Source: Proteromonas lacertae
Taxonomy: Eukaryota
Assembly: GCA_002245135.1 (NCBI GenBank)
Contig: NGBS01000591.1
Location: forward strand, 186,001-224,343
Length of the DNA stretch: 38,343 nt
Direction of reading: 5' to 3'
In this document: positions 1-11,610 of the stretch, piece after piece
Position numbering within the stretch: the stretch's first letter is position 1
Layout of the letters: every line of letters begins with the position of its first letter
Notes under the pieces: model-generated
Databases searched by the model: none
Seen by the model: the letters and a program-made list of their open reading frames with translations, nothing else
What the model was told of the DNA's origin: nothing
Program-made: the position numbers and the translations under genes

Positions 1-321
1 AGATTGATAAGGTGGTTGATAAGGTTGATGCTGTGTAGCAGGCTGAACAGGCATTTGTAATGTAATAGCCTGAGATACAAATATTTGGTCATTATTACTA
101 ACATATGTTGAGAGTGGATTATTATTGTTCGGAATTAGGTCCATGAGAATAAGTTGATAAAATCAACTGTTGTGGATTTTACATGAAAACGTCCCTAAGT
201 TATTATAAAAAAATCAATATACTGCTAAATCTTCAAAGAAACTACTACATGTACACGATAAATTGACAGGAAATTGGTATGGCTGTTGACCTGCACAGCA
301 CAAATAAACAACAGATTGCAT
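1..321 (-). CDS. 5' part of a gene with an N-terminal ubiquitin-like-sized domain followed by a Q/P-rich tract; runs off the window; paralogue of 30373-30692
   Basis: ATG at 321 gives MQSVVYLCCAGQQPYQFPVNLSCTCSSFFEDLA, then a GT-AG intron (195-222), then GRFHVNPQQLILSTYSHGPIPNNNNPLSTYVSNNDQIFVSQAITLQMP. This needs removal of two single-base insertions (about 177-180 and 135-136). It aligns by eye with the 30373 gene. The UBL fold is inferred. Confidence 0.6.
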
Positions 322-509
322 ATATTTAGTCTTTTTACTAAAATCTATGTAAATAGTAATTTCCTATTCAAAAAAGCGGGAATGTAATTATTACATAAAT
401 TAAATACACATCTCTTTTTACATATCATTTATACAAGCAAAACAAACAATATAATATTTTTATAACACCAATGAAATTAAAATGTTTTAAATTCAAAACA
501 TAAAACGAA

Positions 510-1485
510 TTATTCATCAAATGGATCTTCACAACAAGTCCTTTCACAAACTTTACACATTTCATCTAATTGTTTTTCAGTTAAATTGTATAATGTATCA
601 ATAAATGCAGTCTAGTAATGAAATTAATAAATCTAAATGAAAATATACTCTAAATGAAGCAGGACCTTTGCATTCTTTTTCAGCTATCTCACCAGCTACA
701 GAATACAAAGACATAGCCTACAAAATATAAATAAAATAATCATTACATTTGCAACTGAAGTAACAATATCTTCACTATCTATAATACATGCGATAATACA
801 TGCATTTAAAGAACATCCAATAGCTGTCACACGAGTCATCATTACTGTTCCATTAGGAATGTTTACTACTCTATTACCATCAGTTACATAATCCTCATCA
901 CCACTTATTGCTACTATACAGTGATATTTAGATGCAATTGCTATTCCGCTTTCCAATGCTTGATTACTGCTATTTGTACTATCTACACCTTTACTAACTA
1001 CTTTTGTCTCACCACATAAAGATATTATTTCACTAGCATTACCTCTGACAACTGTTGGATGAAAATCCATCAATTCCTTGTATACTTTTGTTCTGTATGG
1101 ATTTTATCAGTTAAAATTACTAAAACTGTGAAAATGTCTATCAAAAAAGATATGTTGCTCCACATCCACAAGGATCCAGTATCCATGGAATATTATTATC
1201 ATGTGCTGCTTTTGCAGCATTTTTCATTCCTTCAACCCATAAAGAATCTATTGTTCCTCCATTAATCAGCAATCCTCTTGAAATCTTTGGTAAAATCTGC
1301 AGTTTCTTCTGGTGCATGTATCTACATTATATTTATAATATATAATATACCATAGCAGGAGAAGCCTTCAAAGCAAGAAGAACATTAGCCATAATATCCA
1401 TACTTACATAATTAGTAATACAATGAATTAAAGGAGAGAGTTTTTCAACTCTACAATATGTTTCCTAAGGTTTTTCAATTGACAT
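510..1485 (-). CDS. thiM: Hydroxyethylthiazole kinase (ThiM); as sequenced it has an in-frame TAG and a +1 frameshift
   Basis: Motifs PLIHCITNYVSMDIMANVLLALKASPAM, INGGT, PWILDPCGCGAT-PYRT, VVRGNASEI, SKGVDS, VTAIGCSL and KGPASFR. Three GT-AG introns plus the AT-AA intron at 1102-1153. TAG at 1465-1467 and one extra base near 1285-1288. Confidence 0.85.
1102..1153 (-). other. U12-type AT-AA intron (52 nt, phase 2) in thiM
   Basis: ATATCTTT...TTTTAAC-TGATAAAA. Removal restores the conserved GAT-PYRT motif (GCA AC|T CCA TAC). Confidence 0.8.
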
Positions 1486-1655
1486 TTTAATTTAACGACT
1501 ATAATTTTGAAATGTAAATATGTTAATACAGTTATATTTGATTTATATTTGAATGTTTAATAACAACATAAATTCATATTGTGTTAATTGAAAATTAAAA
1601 ATTTATTATAAAAGAAAGAATTTATAAAATAATACACTATATTACATTTATATGC

Positions 1656-2033
1656 TTAAACTACATTCTCATTGTTTATTTTATTCACTTTTAAGCAAAT
1701 GGACTTAAATTCTGTCCCTTTTATTAACAATCTATTGAAATTTCTTAAAAATTCTAGTTTATCACCTAAAATAAATCATTATGGATGAAAATACTAACTT
1801 TTCTAAATTCTTTAACACGAGTGATAAATATATTGAAATCTCTGTCAGTACACTATTATATTGTGTTAAATAATGAAACATACAACGAAATTACCAACAA
1901 AAAACCTTCCATCTTTAACTTCTATTCTTACAGTTTCATTTATTAGTTTTGATAAAAAATCTCTTGGTGGTAAACTTTTCACTATATTAATTAATTTAAA
2001 CAGCTTTATACATTCATCTATTGGAGTAGACAT
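1656..2033 (-). CDS. NAA38: LSM-domain protein, NAA38/LSMD1 (NatC auxiliary subunit)-like; missed by the ORF track
   Basis: Spliced over three GT-AG introns: MSTPIDELKSLPPRDFLSKLINETVRIEVKDGRFFVGNFVCTDRDFNIFITRVKEFRKVSDKTRILRNFNRLLIKGTEFKSICLKV. The Sm1 motif has the CTDRD signature typical of LSMD1. Confidence 0.75.
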
Positions 2034-2594
2034 AAGATATTGACAATTCTATTTATTCCAAAAATATAATCGTTTCAAATGAAGTTGCATTTTTCATTTC
2101 TTTGATTTTCTTCATGATTAATAAAGGTATAATATTAATTATATATTTATTGAAATATAATTGCAAGATGTTGCTGTTTTATGCAATTTTTATTTGCATT
2201 TAACTTCCTATTACTTGCAAAATTCTAGTTTTATGTTTGAACTTTCACACCTTCATGTGTGAATAGAATAGAATAAAACTATATTCATTATAAAGTTCTA
2301 ATTTTATGTTTTATAGGATGTTTATAAATACTTGAGAAATACAAATATCATGATTTAATAATTATGATGGTTAGTTGATGATAGAGTTAAAAGAGAATTA
2401 AGTGAAGGAAGAGGTGAGATAATGAACATAGGTTTTGACTGTTTAAATAATAGTGTAAAGAGTAGTTAAATATTAAAGTGTTGTTATTATTATTAATGTT
2501 TTTTGTATGTAAATTTTTAATAATCTTATTATGTAAATAAGGATGTGTAGGCTTGATTATTGTTTGAATCCACTTTTTTTTATTTCAATTTTTA

Positions 2595-4938
2595 ATGCAT
2601 TATGAACGAATAAAACAGTTGGGTAGCGGAGCATTTGGAGTAACATATCTTATAAAATACAAAGATGGTTATGCTGCTATGAAAGAGATGAAAAGTGTTG
2701 CAGATTATAAAAAGTCTCAGCAAGAGTGTAATATTATGTCAAAATTAAGACATAATAATATAGTCAGAATGTTTGAATATGAAGACAATGAAAGTGAAAG
2801 AAGAATAACGATTATTATGGAGTATTGTAAATATGGTAGTCTAAAAGACATAATTAAGGAACTCAGTTATAATAAACAAAATTTATCTGAATATGGCGTA
2901 CTACACTATTTTATTGGAATGTCGTTGGGATTACAATATTTAGCATCATCATAATATATTACACCGTGATTTAAAAACTGATAATATATTCATAAATGCA
3001 GATAATATTGCATTGATTGGTGATTTTGGTTATTCTAAAGAAACAGCATCTTTAACCACAACAGTAGCTGGTACACCTCTTTATATGGCTCCAGAAATAT
3101 TAAAATCTGTTGGTAGTTATCAACCAGCTGAAAACTATTCGAATAAAGTCGATATATATAGTTTAGGTTGTATATTACATGAATTATGCACAAATGAACC
3201 ACCCTATAATGCCAGTAGTGTTGAAAATCTAATTGTGATGCAAATGAATTATAGATATAAAATACTTCCTGACAATTTATCTAAATTTGGAGATATTATA
3301 AGAAGATGTTTAGATTATGATCCAAATAATAGACCATCCATTGATGAATTATTGAATGACTCAATATTCCAAGATTATATAATGAATAAGAGTAGTAAAT
3401 ATTATCTTGCTTATAATACTCATTCATTTGAAGCACCACATTCAAAAGTAGTAATTCACTCACAACAACAACAACAATATCAAACTGGTGTTATTTCTGA
3501 AGAAAATAATTATCTCAATAATACAGTTGTTACTCATATCAACGAAAATATTCAACAAATTCAACCACCACCACAACAACAACAACCAATTCAGCAATAT
3601 TTACCGCCAGTAGTACAACAAAATCAACCACCACCACCACAACAACAACAGTTACAGCCACCACAACAACAACCAATTCAGCCACCACCACCACCACAAC
3701 AACAACAACAACAACCAATTCAGCAATATTTACCTCCAGTAGTACAACAAAATCAACCACCACAACAACAGCAACAATTTCAATATCAACAACAATTTCA
3801 ATATCAACAACCTTATTTGCCACAGCAACCACAGCAAGTACAATATCATCAATATCAACAGTCAAATCAACCATTTCCTTTACAACATCAACCAGGGAAT
3901 GGATTTTATGCAAATAACAAAGGACCAAAGACTCTTCCACCAAATAATAATCTGAATCAGTGTAAATATGATGGACCAAAGACTATGCAGCCTCAAGAAC
4001 AACCAACATCAAAGAATTTAAACTATAAAAAACCAAAGATAATGATTGTAGGAAAAAATCCAACAACAAACTCACCTCCACCATCACCTCCACCACCATC
4101 ACCACCACAAATTCAGCAACCAAATCAGAAACCTATTCAGCAATACATACAACAGCAACAACAACCATTACAATCAAAACAGAAACCTCTGCAACAGCCA
4201 TCACAACCACCATCACAACCACAAATTCAGCAACCAAATCAGAAACCTATTCAGCAATACATACAACAGCAGCAACAACAACCATTACAATCAAAACAGA
4301 AACCTCTGCAACAGCCATCACAACCACAAGAGAGGATAGCATCACCTCCATCACAACTTCCTGTTAAAATTCCTACAACAGAATTAGTTCAACAAAATGA
4401 TGAGATTATAAATTATCCTTTCATTGTATGTTCTTATAATATAATTCAAATAGAAAGAAATAGATGATGTGTTGAACAGTTTGGAGAGAAATTCAATAAC
4501 AAAGCATTTTAATGATATAAAAGATATTCTTACAGCTTACTCTGCTATTACTGCAAATATTCCAAGTATTATTATAAGTAAATCAATATTTCTTATTATT
4601 TAGATGAAATTGAAGATAAATTATTTCTGTTTTTTAAGAAACTATCCACTTATATTGGTAGACAATTACTTCAAGATGTTTTAAGTAGAGATAATCACAT
4701 AGAGTATTATAAAATGAATGGATATGAAGATGCAAAAGGGTATAGAATTTCTTATTATTATACTATTAAATATAGTAATTGGGAAAAAGATATGAGAGTT
4801 ATATCTTTACTTTCATTGATGATTCAGTACCTTGAATGTCATCATAGAGAAGCAGAAGCGAAAGCTATAAAAGTAGCTTTATCAAAAGATGGAATTGTAT
4901 GAAATTTTCTACTAATTTATTTCTAGGACCTTAATTAA
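2595..4938 (+). CDS. NEK/NIMA-like Ser/Thr kinase with a Q/P-rich linker and a helical C-terminal region
   Basis: GSGAFG, AMKE, HRDLKTDN, DFG and GTPLYMAPE. One extra base near 2943 splits the domain (YL-g-HHHNILHRD). Four GT-AG introns in the 3' part, stop at 4936-4938. Confidence 0.85.
3560..4330 (+). repeat. CAA/CCA-rich low-complexity coding region with internal duplications
   Basis: Near-identical copies at 4105-4209 and 4219-4326 (PQIQQPNQKPIQQYIQQ...KPLQQPSQP). QPIQQYLPPVVQQNQPP occurs at about 3583 and about 3712. Confidence 0.85.
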
Positions 4939-5054
4939 AGCACTTTATTAATCATTATATAAATACATAAATATAGTAATTTCATATTATTCATTGTTTT
5001 TTAATTCCAAAAATATATTCGTTTTAAGAATCTTTTGAAACTCCTTTATCGTTA

Positions 5055-8018
5055 ATGGAAGATACATATGATCCAAAGAAAATGTATCCTGAGTTTATTT
5101 TGAAAGCTCAAAAAAGTGCACTTGAAGCTGAAGTCAGTGATCATATTGTTAATCCAGCTGCTTTAACAATAGCCACTCATACTGGTTCCTTTCATTGTGC
5201 TGAAGCTTTGGCTATTGCTATGTTAAGAGTTCTACCAGAATTTTCTCATTCTCGTACAATTCAAAAAATCATTGTATTTATTATCACTAGAAATTGTTCG
5301 AACTCATAACAAAGATATTCTACAAAACTGTGAAATATGGGTTGGTGTTGGTGGAGAGTTCAATATAGAAAAGAATCATTTCGATTCACATATACCTGGA
5401 TTTAGAGAAGCATTTTCATCTCATTACTTTACTCCACTATCATGTTGTGGAATGATATACAAATTATATGGTAGAGATATAATAGAAGCATTATTAGATG
5501 TTAATATATTATCACATGATCTTGAAGTGTTATATGAAATAGTATATCAATGATGATTAATAATATTAATTGAAATAGATATATTTTTCATTCATTGAAC
5601 ATATTGATGCACAAGATAATGGTATAGGAATAGCTGAAAGGCCATTGTATCAAATATGTAATAGTTTACCATATCGAATATCATTATTACATCGTCATTG
5701 GGGTGAAGATTATCTTGATTTGTTTAAGAAAGCAATGGCTATTAGTCTTGGTGAATTTGTTGATATGTTGCATTATTATACTACAGATTGGTTACCAAAT
5801 AGATTATCATTTTCTATTGTATATATTGATTTTTTGTTTTATTATGAATTAATAGAGTTTTGAAAAAATGTTTAGAGATAACTCAGAGATTCTATATATT
5901 CCTACTTATTATAAATGGAAGCTATTTCTATATCCTTATGAAAATGAAAGGCATTGTTTAGGTCATACTAAATTTGTAGTATGTCCTAACAAGAAAGGTG
6001 ATTTATGGTTAGTTTTCGCAGTTAGAAATAGCCAAAATTCTACGCAGTACAGAGCATTATTGAACGAAAATTGGAGAGGTTTAGAAAGAGAAGAACTAGT
6101 AACAAAATCAAAGATAGATACTTTAGTTTATATTAATTTAGAAGGAACACAAGGTGGTAGTTTAGACTCAGATGGAGCAATCAAATTAGCAGAAATATCT
6201 TATGAATTATTGAAAGATGAATTTGAAACTCAAACTCCATTCACTCCATTTTCACCATTAACTCCACAAGTTTCTGCTTCAAATTTAGTTGGTTTAGGTG
6301 AAGCACAGAAATCGTCGAATGATTCTGTTATTATTAGATCATCTTTAACTCCAAGACAAGAATTTATAAGTAATGCATCTGTATTTACAGAAATACCAGA
6401 AGGTGTTGATCCAATGAAATGTATTGCTACACATGGACAGAAGTTTCATGCAGATGAAAGTCTTAGTTGTTCTTTATTGAAGTTATTACCAGATTATAAA
6501 GATTATAGTATTTTTTTATACAATATTCCATTTATAGCAATAATAAGAACTCGTGATATAGATATAATACAAAAATGTGGAGTTGTTGTTGATGTTGGTA
6601 AAGAATATGATCCAATAAAGTATATTATTATAATATTTGTTATATTATGAAATAGAATGAGGTTTGATCATCATCAAAGAGACTTTGATGAAACTTATGG
6701 AAGTGATTTTACAACAAAATTATCCAGTGCAGGTTTGATATTCAAACATTTTGGACAAGAAATAGTTCAATCATTAATACCTCGTAAATTAAATGAATCA
6801 GAAATAAAGACAATTTGTGATAGAGTATATAAAATATTCATTGAACAAATTGATGCAGCTGATAATGGTATTGATATTAGTGAATGTCCAAAATTTCAAG
6901 TTTCTTCTTCAATATCTCAAAGAGTTGCTAAATTGAATTCTGCACCTCGTATTTTTATTTGATTATTCATATTATTGTTATTAGATAAAGAAGAAATGTT
7001 CAAACAAGCAATGACTTTAATCATTGGTGAATTTATTGACATAGTTAAATCATGTTATAAAAACTGGTTACCATCAAGAAACTATTTAAAGAAAGACTTT
7101 GCCATAATGTTAACTCAAGATTTTAGTAAGCATGTATTAGTATTAACAAAGAGTTACAATTGGAAAGGTCATCTTTATGAATATGAAAGAAAAAAGAAAA
7201 TGATTGGGCAAGTCAAATTTGTTCTATATCCTGCAGGTGGTGGATGGAATATCCAAGCAGTTCCAATCAATGAGTTTTCATTTCAAAATAGAGTTGGTTT
7301 ATATGAACCATGGAGAGGATTAGATGGTAAAACATTATGTCTTGTCAGTGGTATTGATGGTTGTAGATTTGTACATGCAGACGGTTTCTTAGGATCAAAT
7401 AGTACATTCGATGGAGCTGTACAAATGGCATTGAGATCAATGGATTTAGATGTTTTAAGTCCAACAACACCAAGACCAAGTGAATGTATATTATACTTTT
7501 ATTATATTCATTTATTTTTAATAGTATTTTCACAGTTATATAAACATGGATCATTGATATTATCAGAAGATCATACAGTTGCATCTGTAGAACCTGCTGA
7601 TTGGTCATTTAGATATGTTTGTGTTGATCATTTAATTGAAAGTGGAATAACAAGATTTTCATTTCACTTAACTGTTGATGAACTAAATGGTGGTTGGATA
7701 ATGATTGGAGCAACTCAAACGCCTGCAATTGGAGAAGATGATATGTTTAGACAGCAGAATACTTATACTTACAGTGGTGTAACAGGAGAAATAAAAACTG
7801 GAAATAGTAAATGGATAAAACAAAAGAATTATCCTCCAATTCGTCAAGGTGATATAGTTCAAATGAAATTTGATATGAATAAAAAGACTTTAAGCTATAA
7901 AATCAATAATAAAAAATTAGGTGTTGTGTTTAATGATATAGAAGCACCATTATATGCTTATATAGAATTGCTGGGATATAAGAAGATGGAAGTAAGATTA
8001 CTGAATTTTGCTATGTAA
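5055..8018 (+). CDS. Tandem MYG1 (DHH-family exonuclease) domains plus a C-terminal SPRY/B30.2-like domain
   Basis: Seven GT-AG introns join the ORF fragments in frame. Domain 2 has THGQKFHADE, VVDVG, FDHHQ, KLSSAGL, IDAADNG, WRGL and FVHADGF. Domain 1 is a degenerate copy. The tail has the SPRY-like pattern WIMIG...GDIVQMKFDMNKKTLSYKINNKKLGVVF...PLYAYIEL. Confidence 0.85.
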
Positions 8019-8160
8019 ATCATTACATAAATAATAAATTATCACATATTTTATCATTTTTCATTTTTTTTCCATTTATATAATATTAAAAACAAAACAC
8101 ATGTGAAGATATAAAAAAAAATCAAAATTAAATAATATAATACTTGTTATTGTTTTACTT

Positions 8161-8675
8161 TTACTTGCTGTCATCTTCTATATCATCAGCACCAATTTTC
8201 TTCCACTCTTTCATCACAACTCCTTCATTATAATGTGCTTTTCTCTTTCTTTCAAATTCTTTTCTTCTTTTCTCTTCCTCAATTCTTTCTAGTCTATTTC
8301 ATAAATAAAATAATAATAACAATATTAATACTCTTCAATACTCTTTTCATCTCCTTCTTCGACACGCTTTTGTAACTATCATAAATAAAGCAATAAAGCA
8401 TACTTCTAATTTATAAGCTAGGTCATTTGGATTGATAGCTTCATCTTCCTCATCTTTTGGTTCCATACCTGGAGGTGGATGATAAGGAGTTTTAGGTTCA
8501 CTGATAATCATATGACGACCACGTTCCTTATCATATTCTGATATACCCTTTTCATCCCACTGCAACTTTGCTCTGAGCATATTATTCAATAAAGTATATA
8601 CCTTTTATGAGCTTTTTCACCATGTTCTAGTAGAATAGGTTTTACTTTTTTATCATTTTGCTTTGTATCACTCAT
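8161..8675 (-). CDS. PPP1R2: Protein phosphatase 1 inhibitor 2 (IPP-2)
   Basis: KPILL, KLQWDE, ISEPKTPY and FERKRKAHYNEG motifs over three GT-AG introns. Confidence 0.9.
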
Positions 8676-8820
8676 AATCTAAAAAATAAATATCAAATGC
8701 TTGATTCTTCTCAAACTTTTTTGATTTTCTCATTTTCTCAACAAATAGAATGCAAAAAGTATTAAAAAAATTAATAAAATCAATAATTCATTTACTGGTA
8801 TACATTATGATATTATATTT

Positions 8821-9189
8821 TTATCCACAAACTGGATCTGTTCCACAACCAAGAACTTGATGGCAATGAGCACAGCAATGAACACTATAATCAATATCGC
8901 ATATAGTTAATACGGCTTTTTTAAACCTTGACAACAGCATAAAAATAGAGCAAAGCAAGTTAGGAAGAAACATAGACAAATAACTAGACAGGTTCTAAAA
9001 ACAAATAAATTATGTTGATATAATTATACAAATTACCACTTTCATATTCCACAATAGTAAAACCTCTATAATGGCAATAAGGGCATTCTATATCCACTGG
9101 TCTATAAAATATATACATCAAATATACGTTGTTCCAAAAAATATAATACCTCCTAATTTTTCTTGTCTTACTATCAAATTTTCATTCAT
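8821..9189 (-). CDS. LITAF-domain (zf-LITAF) small membrane-associated protein, copy A
   Basis: Spliced over three GT-AG introns: ...PVDIECPYCHYRGFTIVEYESG-hydrophobic Cys-rich stretch-KKPVHCCAHCHQVLG...DPVCG*. Shows the CxxC / hydrophobic / HxCxxC pattern. Confidence 0.85.
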
Positions 9190-9565
9190 TTTCAAAAAAA
9201 TATCTAAAATGTAACGAATCTATTTTTTAGAAGACCTAAAAAAATACAAATTTATTTAGTCATTAAAAAAAATCTTTAAAAATTGTATAATATGATAATA
9301 GATGAAAAAATGCAGCTTTAATGATAACGACAATTTAAATTCATTAATCTATAAGTAGTAATTTATGTATATATTCACTATGTTCGTGTGGTGTACATTG
9401 TTTAATTTGATATTGCTAATTAAAAGTAATATTAATCCAAACAAAAACTTAAAATTATTGTTTTTATGTTATTTTCCTATTTCTGCTAACAAATAAATGA
9501 TATTTAAAGTCATAATCATATTAAATGTATGATATCATTCTTTTTAAAATCTCCTTGTCAAGTGC

Positions 9566-9939
9566 TTATGGACAAACTGGATCTTGTCCCATACCAATTA
9601 CAGAATGGCACTTAGCACAATAATGAACACTATTATTATTATATAATATATATAATACGGCTTTTTCAATCCCTGAATGCAACATAATATAAAAGCGAAA
9701 CATGATAAGACGAAAAAGAATAAACAGAGGACTAAGCATGTTCTAAAGTATATAATAAACATTGTTTTATGTATACAAATTCCCACTTTCAAATTCTACT
9801 AGAGTATAACCTCTATGACCACAAAATGGACATTTTGTATCAACAGGCCTATATGTGCTTATATAAATTAGATATACATTTGTCCGAAGTATATAGGTCC
9901 TCCTGCATATTCGGCACTGCTAACAGCATTTTGTTTCAT
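9566..9939 (-). CDS. LITAF-domain protein, copy B (tandem paralogue)
   Basis: ...PVDTKCPFCGHRGYTLVEFESG-hydrophobic-KKPVHYCAKCHSVIG...DPVCP*. Same three intron positions as copy A. Confidence 0.85.
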
Positions 9940-10025
9940 TTTTTGTAATATTCAAAAATCTTAAAAAACGAATGAATTTATTGAAATGTAAAAAATGACT
10001 TTACTCAAACTTGTATCAAATACTA

Positions 10026-11572
10026 TTAATTTAAATTATCTACATTATCATTACGATTTATTTCATTATCTTCTACATCTAATCGATAATCTGGAGAATA
10101 AGGAACAAACTCACGTTTTATTGGTAAAGAAGGAGTAAGAGTTTCAAGTTGTGGTAATTCTGGTATGCTTAAATAATCACTAATCACTTTATGACATTCA
10201 TTAAATCCAAGCGATAAAGCCAAATATAACGGTGTTGTACTTGATTTGTTTCTAGCTCTGTAATTAGCTCCTAAAGGTAATAAACACTTTATTATTGTTG
10301 GATTATTAGCTCTAACAGCACAATGAAGTGGTGTATCTCCTTCTTCATCAACTGCATTAATCATGTCAGGATATATTTCAAGAAAATACTTCACACAAAT
10401 CTCAAAAACAGCTTCTAATTCTTCATTATCGATTTTCTCTTGTGGTAATGAACAGAGTAGATGAAATGGTAATTTTCCACTTTTATCTGTATTATAAGGA
10501 CTTACTCCATATCGAACTAAAGATTCGATTATTTCTTCAGTATTTATATTAAATCCTTCACCACAAATTGCATGTAAACAATTCCTTGAATATGTTGTTA
10601 GTAATGTTGGTCTTAATACATCAATCTATTGATTTGTATATTAATATATATATATATATATATATACTTGTAATAATAAATTGATTATATTTATATCACC
10701 TAAAGTACAAGCTATATACAAAGGAAAATAACCTAATGCATCTTGATAATTAACATTAACACCCCATTCAAGAAGAAGTCTAATTATATCCATATTTTGA
10801 GTAGAAATTGCATACATAAATGCACTTTTCTTAGTATCATTACAATAATTAGGATCAACACCATCATTTAATAATATATATATCTGATTATAGTTTTGTG
10901 ACTGTATGGAATTGATCAAAGATGGTCCTCCATAGTTAGGAGGAGGATGAGATAATTCAAACACTAAGTTCGTTAAACCTCCACACCACAGATTAGCTTC
11001 AGATAGTGTATTAGTGTATAATATTAGAAATCTTGTTCCTGCTTGAATTACAAAGTAAGATACCTTAGGATTTAATTCTGATTTATTCTTGGGTGGAACT
11101 TGTGATATCATTTCTATTTGAGATAATAATACATTTCCTATTGGCTCTTTATCTTCTTTTTTAAGTCTCCATTCTAATTTTCTAGTAATTGGATCAACAT
11201 TAAACCAATATTCTCTTGCACTTCCTAAATCTCCTAAAAGAAGTTCGTTATCTGAATCTGAGTCAAATTCAGAGTTTAATTTATCTAAATGATATAATTC
11301 CATGTGCTCATCATATTTCTCCTTTGAACTACACCACTGATTACAATTTACACATTTTCTATATTATATTAGATTTCAATTTCAAAAATACCTTGGATAT
11401 TCTGTATTAGCTTTAGCCGCTGCAGTTAGACTTCCTTCAGTAGAATGTTTCCATAAATATCCTCCAAAAATGATTTTAGCTACAGATCGTTTTATTTATT
11501 AAGGACATAGTAATATAAATGTTTTAAAAATGATATATCTTTGGCATATTCATGCCAACCTCTTAAAGCCAT
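10026..11572 (-). CDS. PH domain (with inserted C2H2-like finger) plus ankyrin-repeat protein
   Basis: GGYLWKH...REYWF...LEWR...PIGNVLLSQI...EANLWCGGL is PH-like. Ankyrin motifs include GDTPLHCAV and GYFPLYIAC. ATG at 11572, AT-AA intron at 11490-11536 and two GT-AG introns. Confidence 0.8.
11490..11536 (-). other. U12-type AT-AA intron (47 nt, phase 0)
   Basis: ATATCATT...GTCCTTAAT-AAATAAAA. Removal joins MALRGWHEYAKD to RSVAKIIFGGYLWK. Confidence 0.7.
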
Positions 11573-11610
11573 TCTATTAATAAATATTTGATCGTTTCAT
11601 CTAGAATTGA

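Noticed and set aside
1465..1467. Stop-codon reassignment suggested by the in-frame TAG in thiM (and TAA at 30884)
   Set aside because: Thousands of codons in the long ORFs contain no internal stops, TAA ends most genes, and the tRNA-Trp has a normal CCA anticodon and 5-bp stem. A point error or mutation is simpler.
2245..2264. Short hairpin TTCACAC-CTTCAT-GTGTGAA and a purine-rich coding-like patch at about 2370-2470
   Set aside because: Too short to distinguish from chance, with no RNA family motif and no consistent reading frame.
2921..2943. 23-nt GT-AG intron as the cause of the NEK frame break
   Set aside because: It would delete the conserved SLGLQYL helix and the donor does not match the local GTA consensus. 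One extra base explains the break.
3539..3979. Val-rich minus-strand ORF and other small antisense ORFs (7345, 11760, 20326, 21687, 33480-36702)
   Set aside because: Shadows of real genes or of CAA/CCA and TAA repeats.
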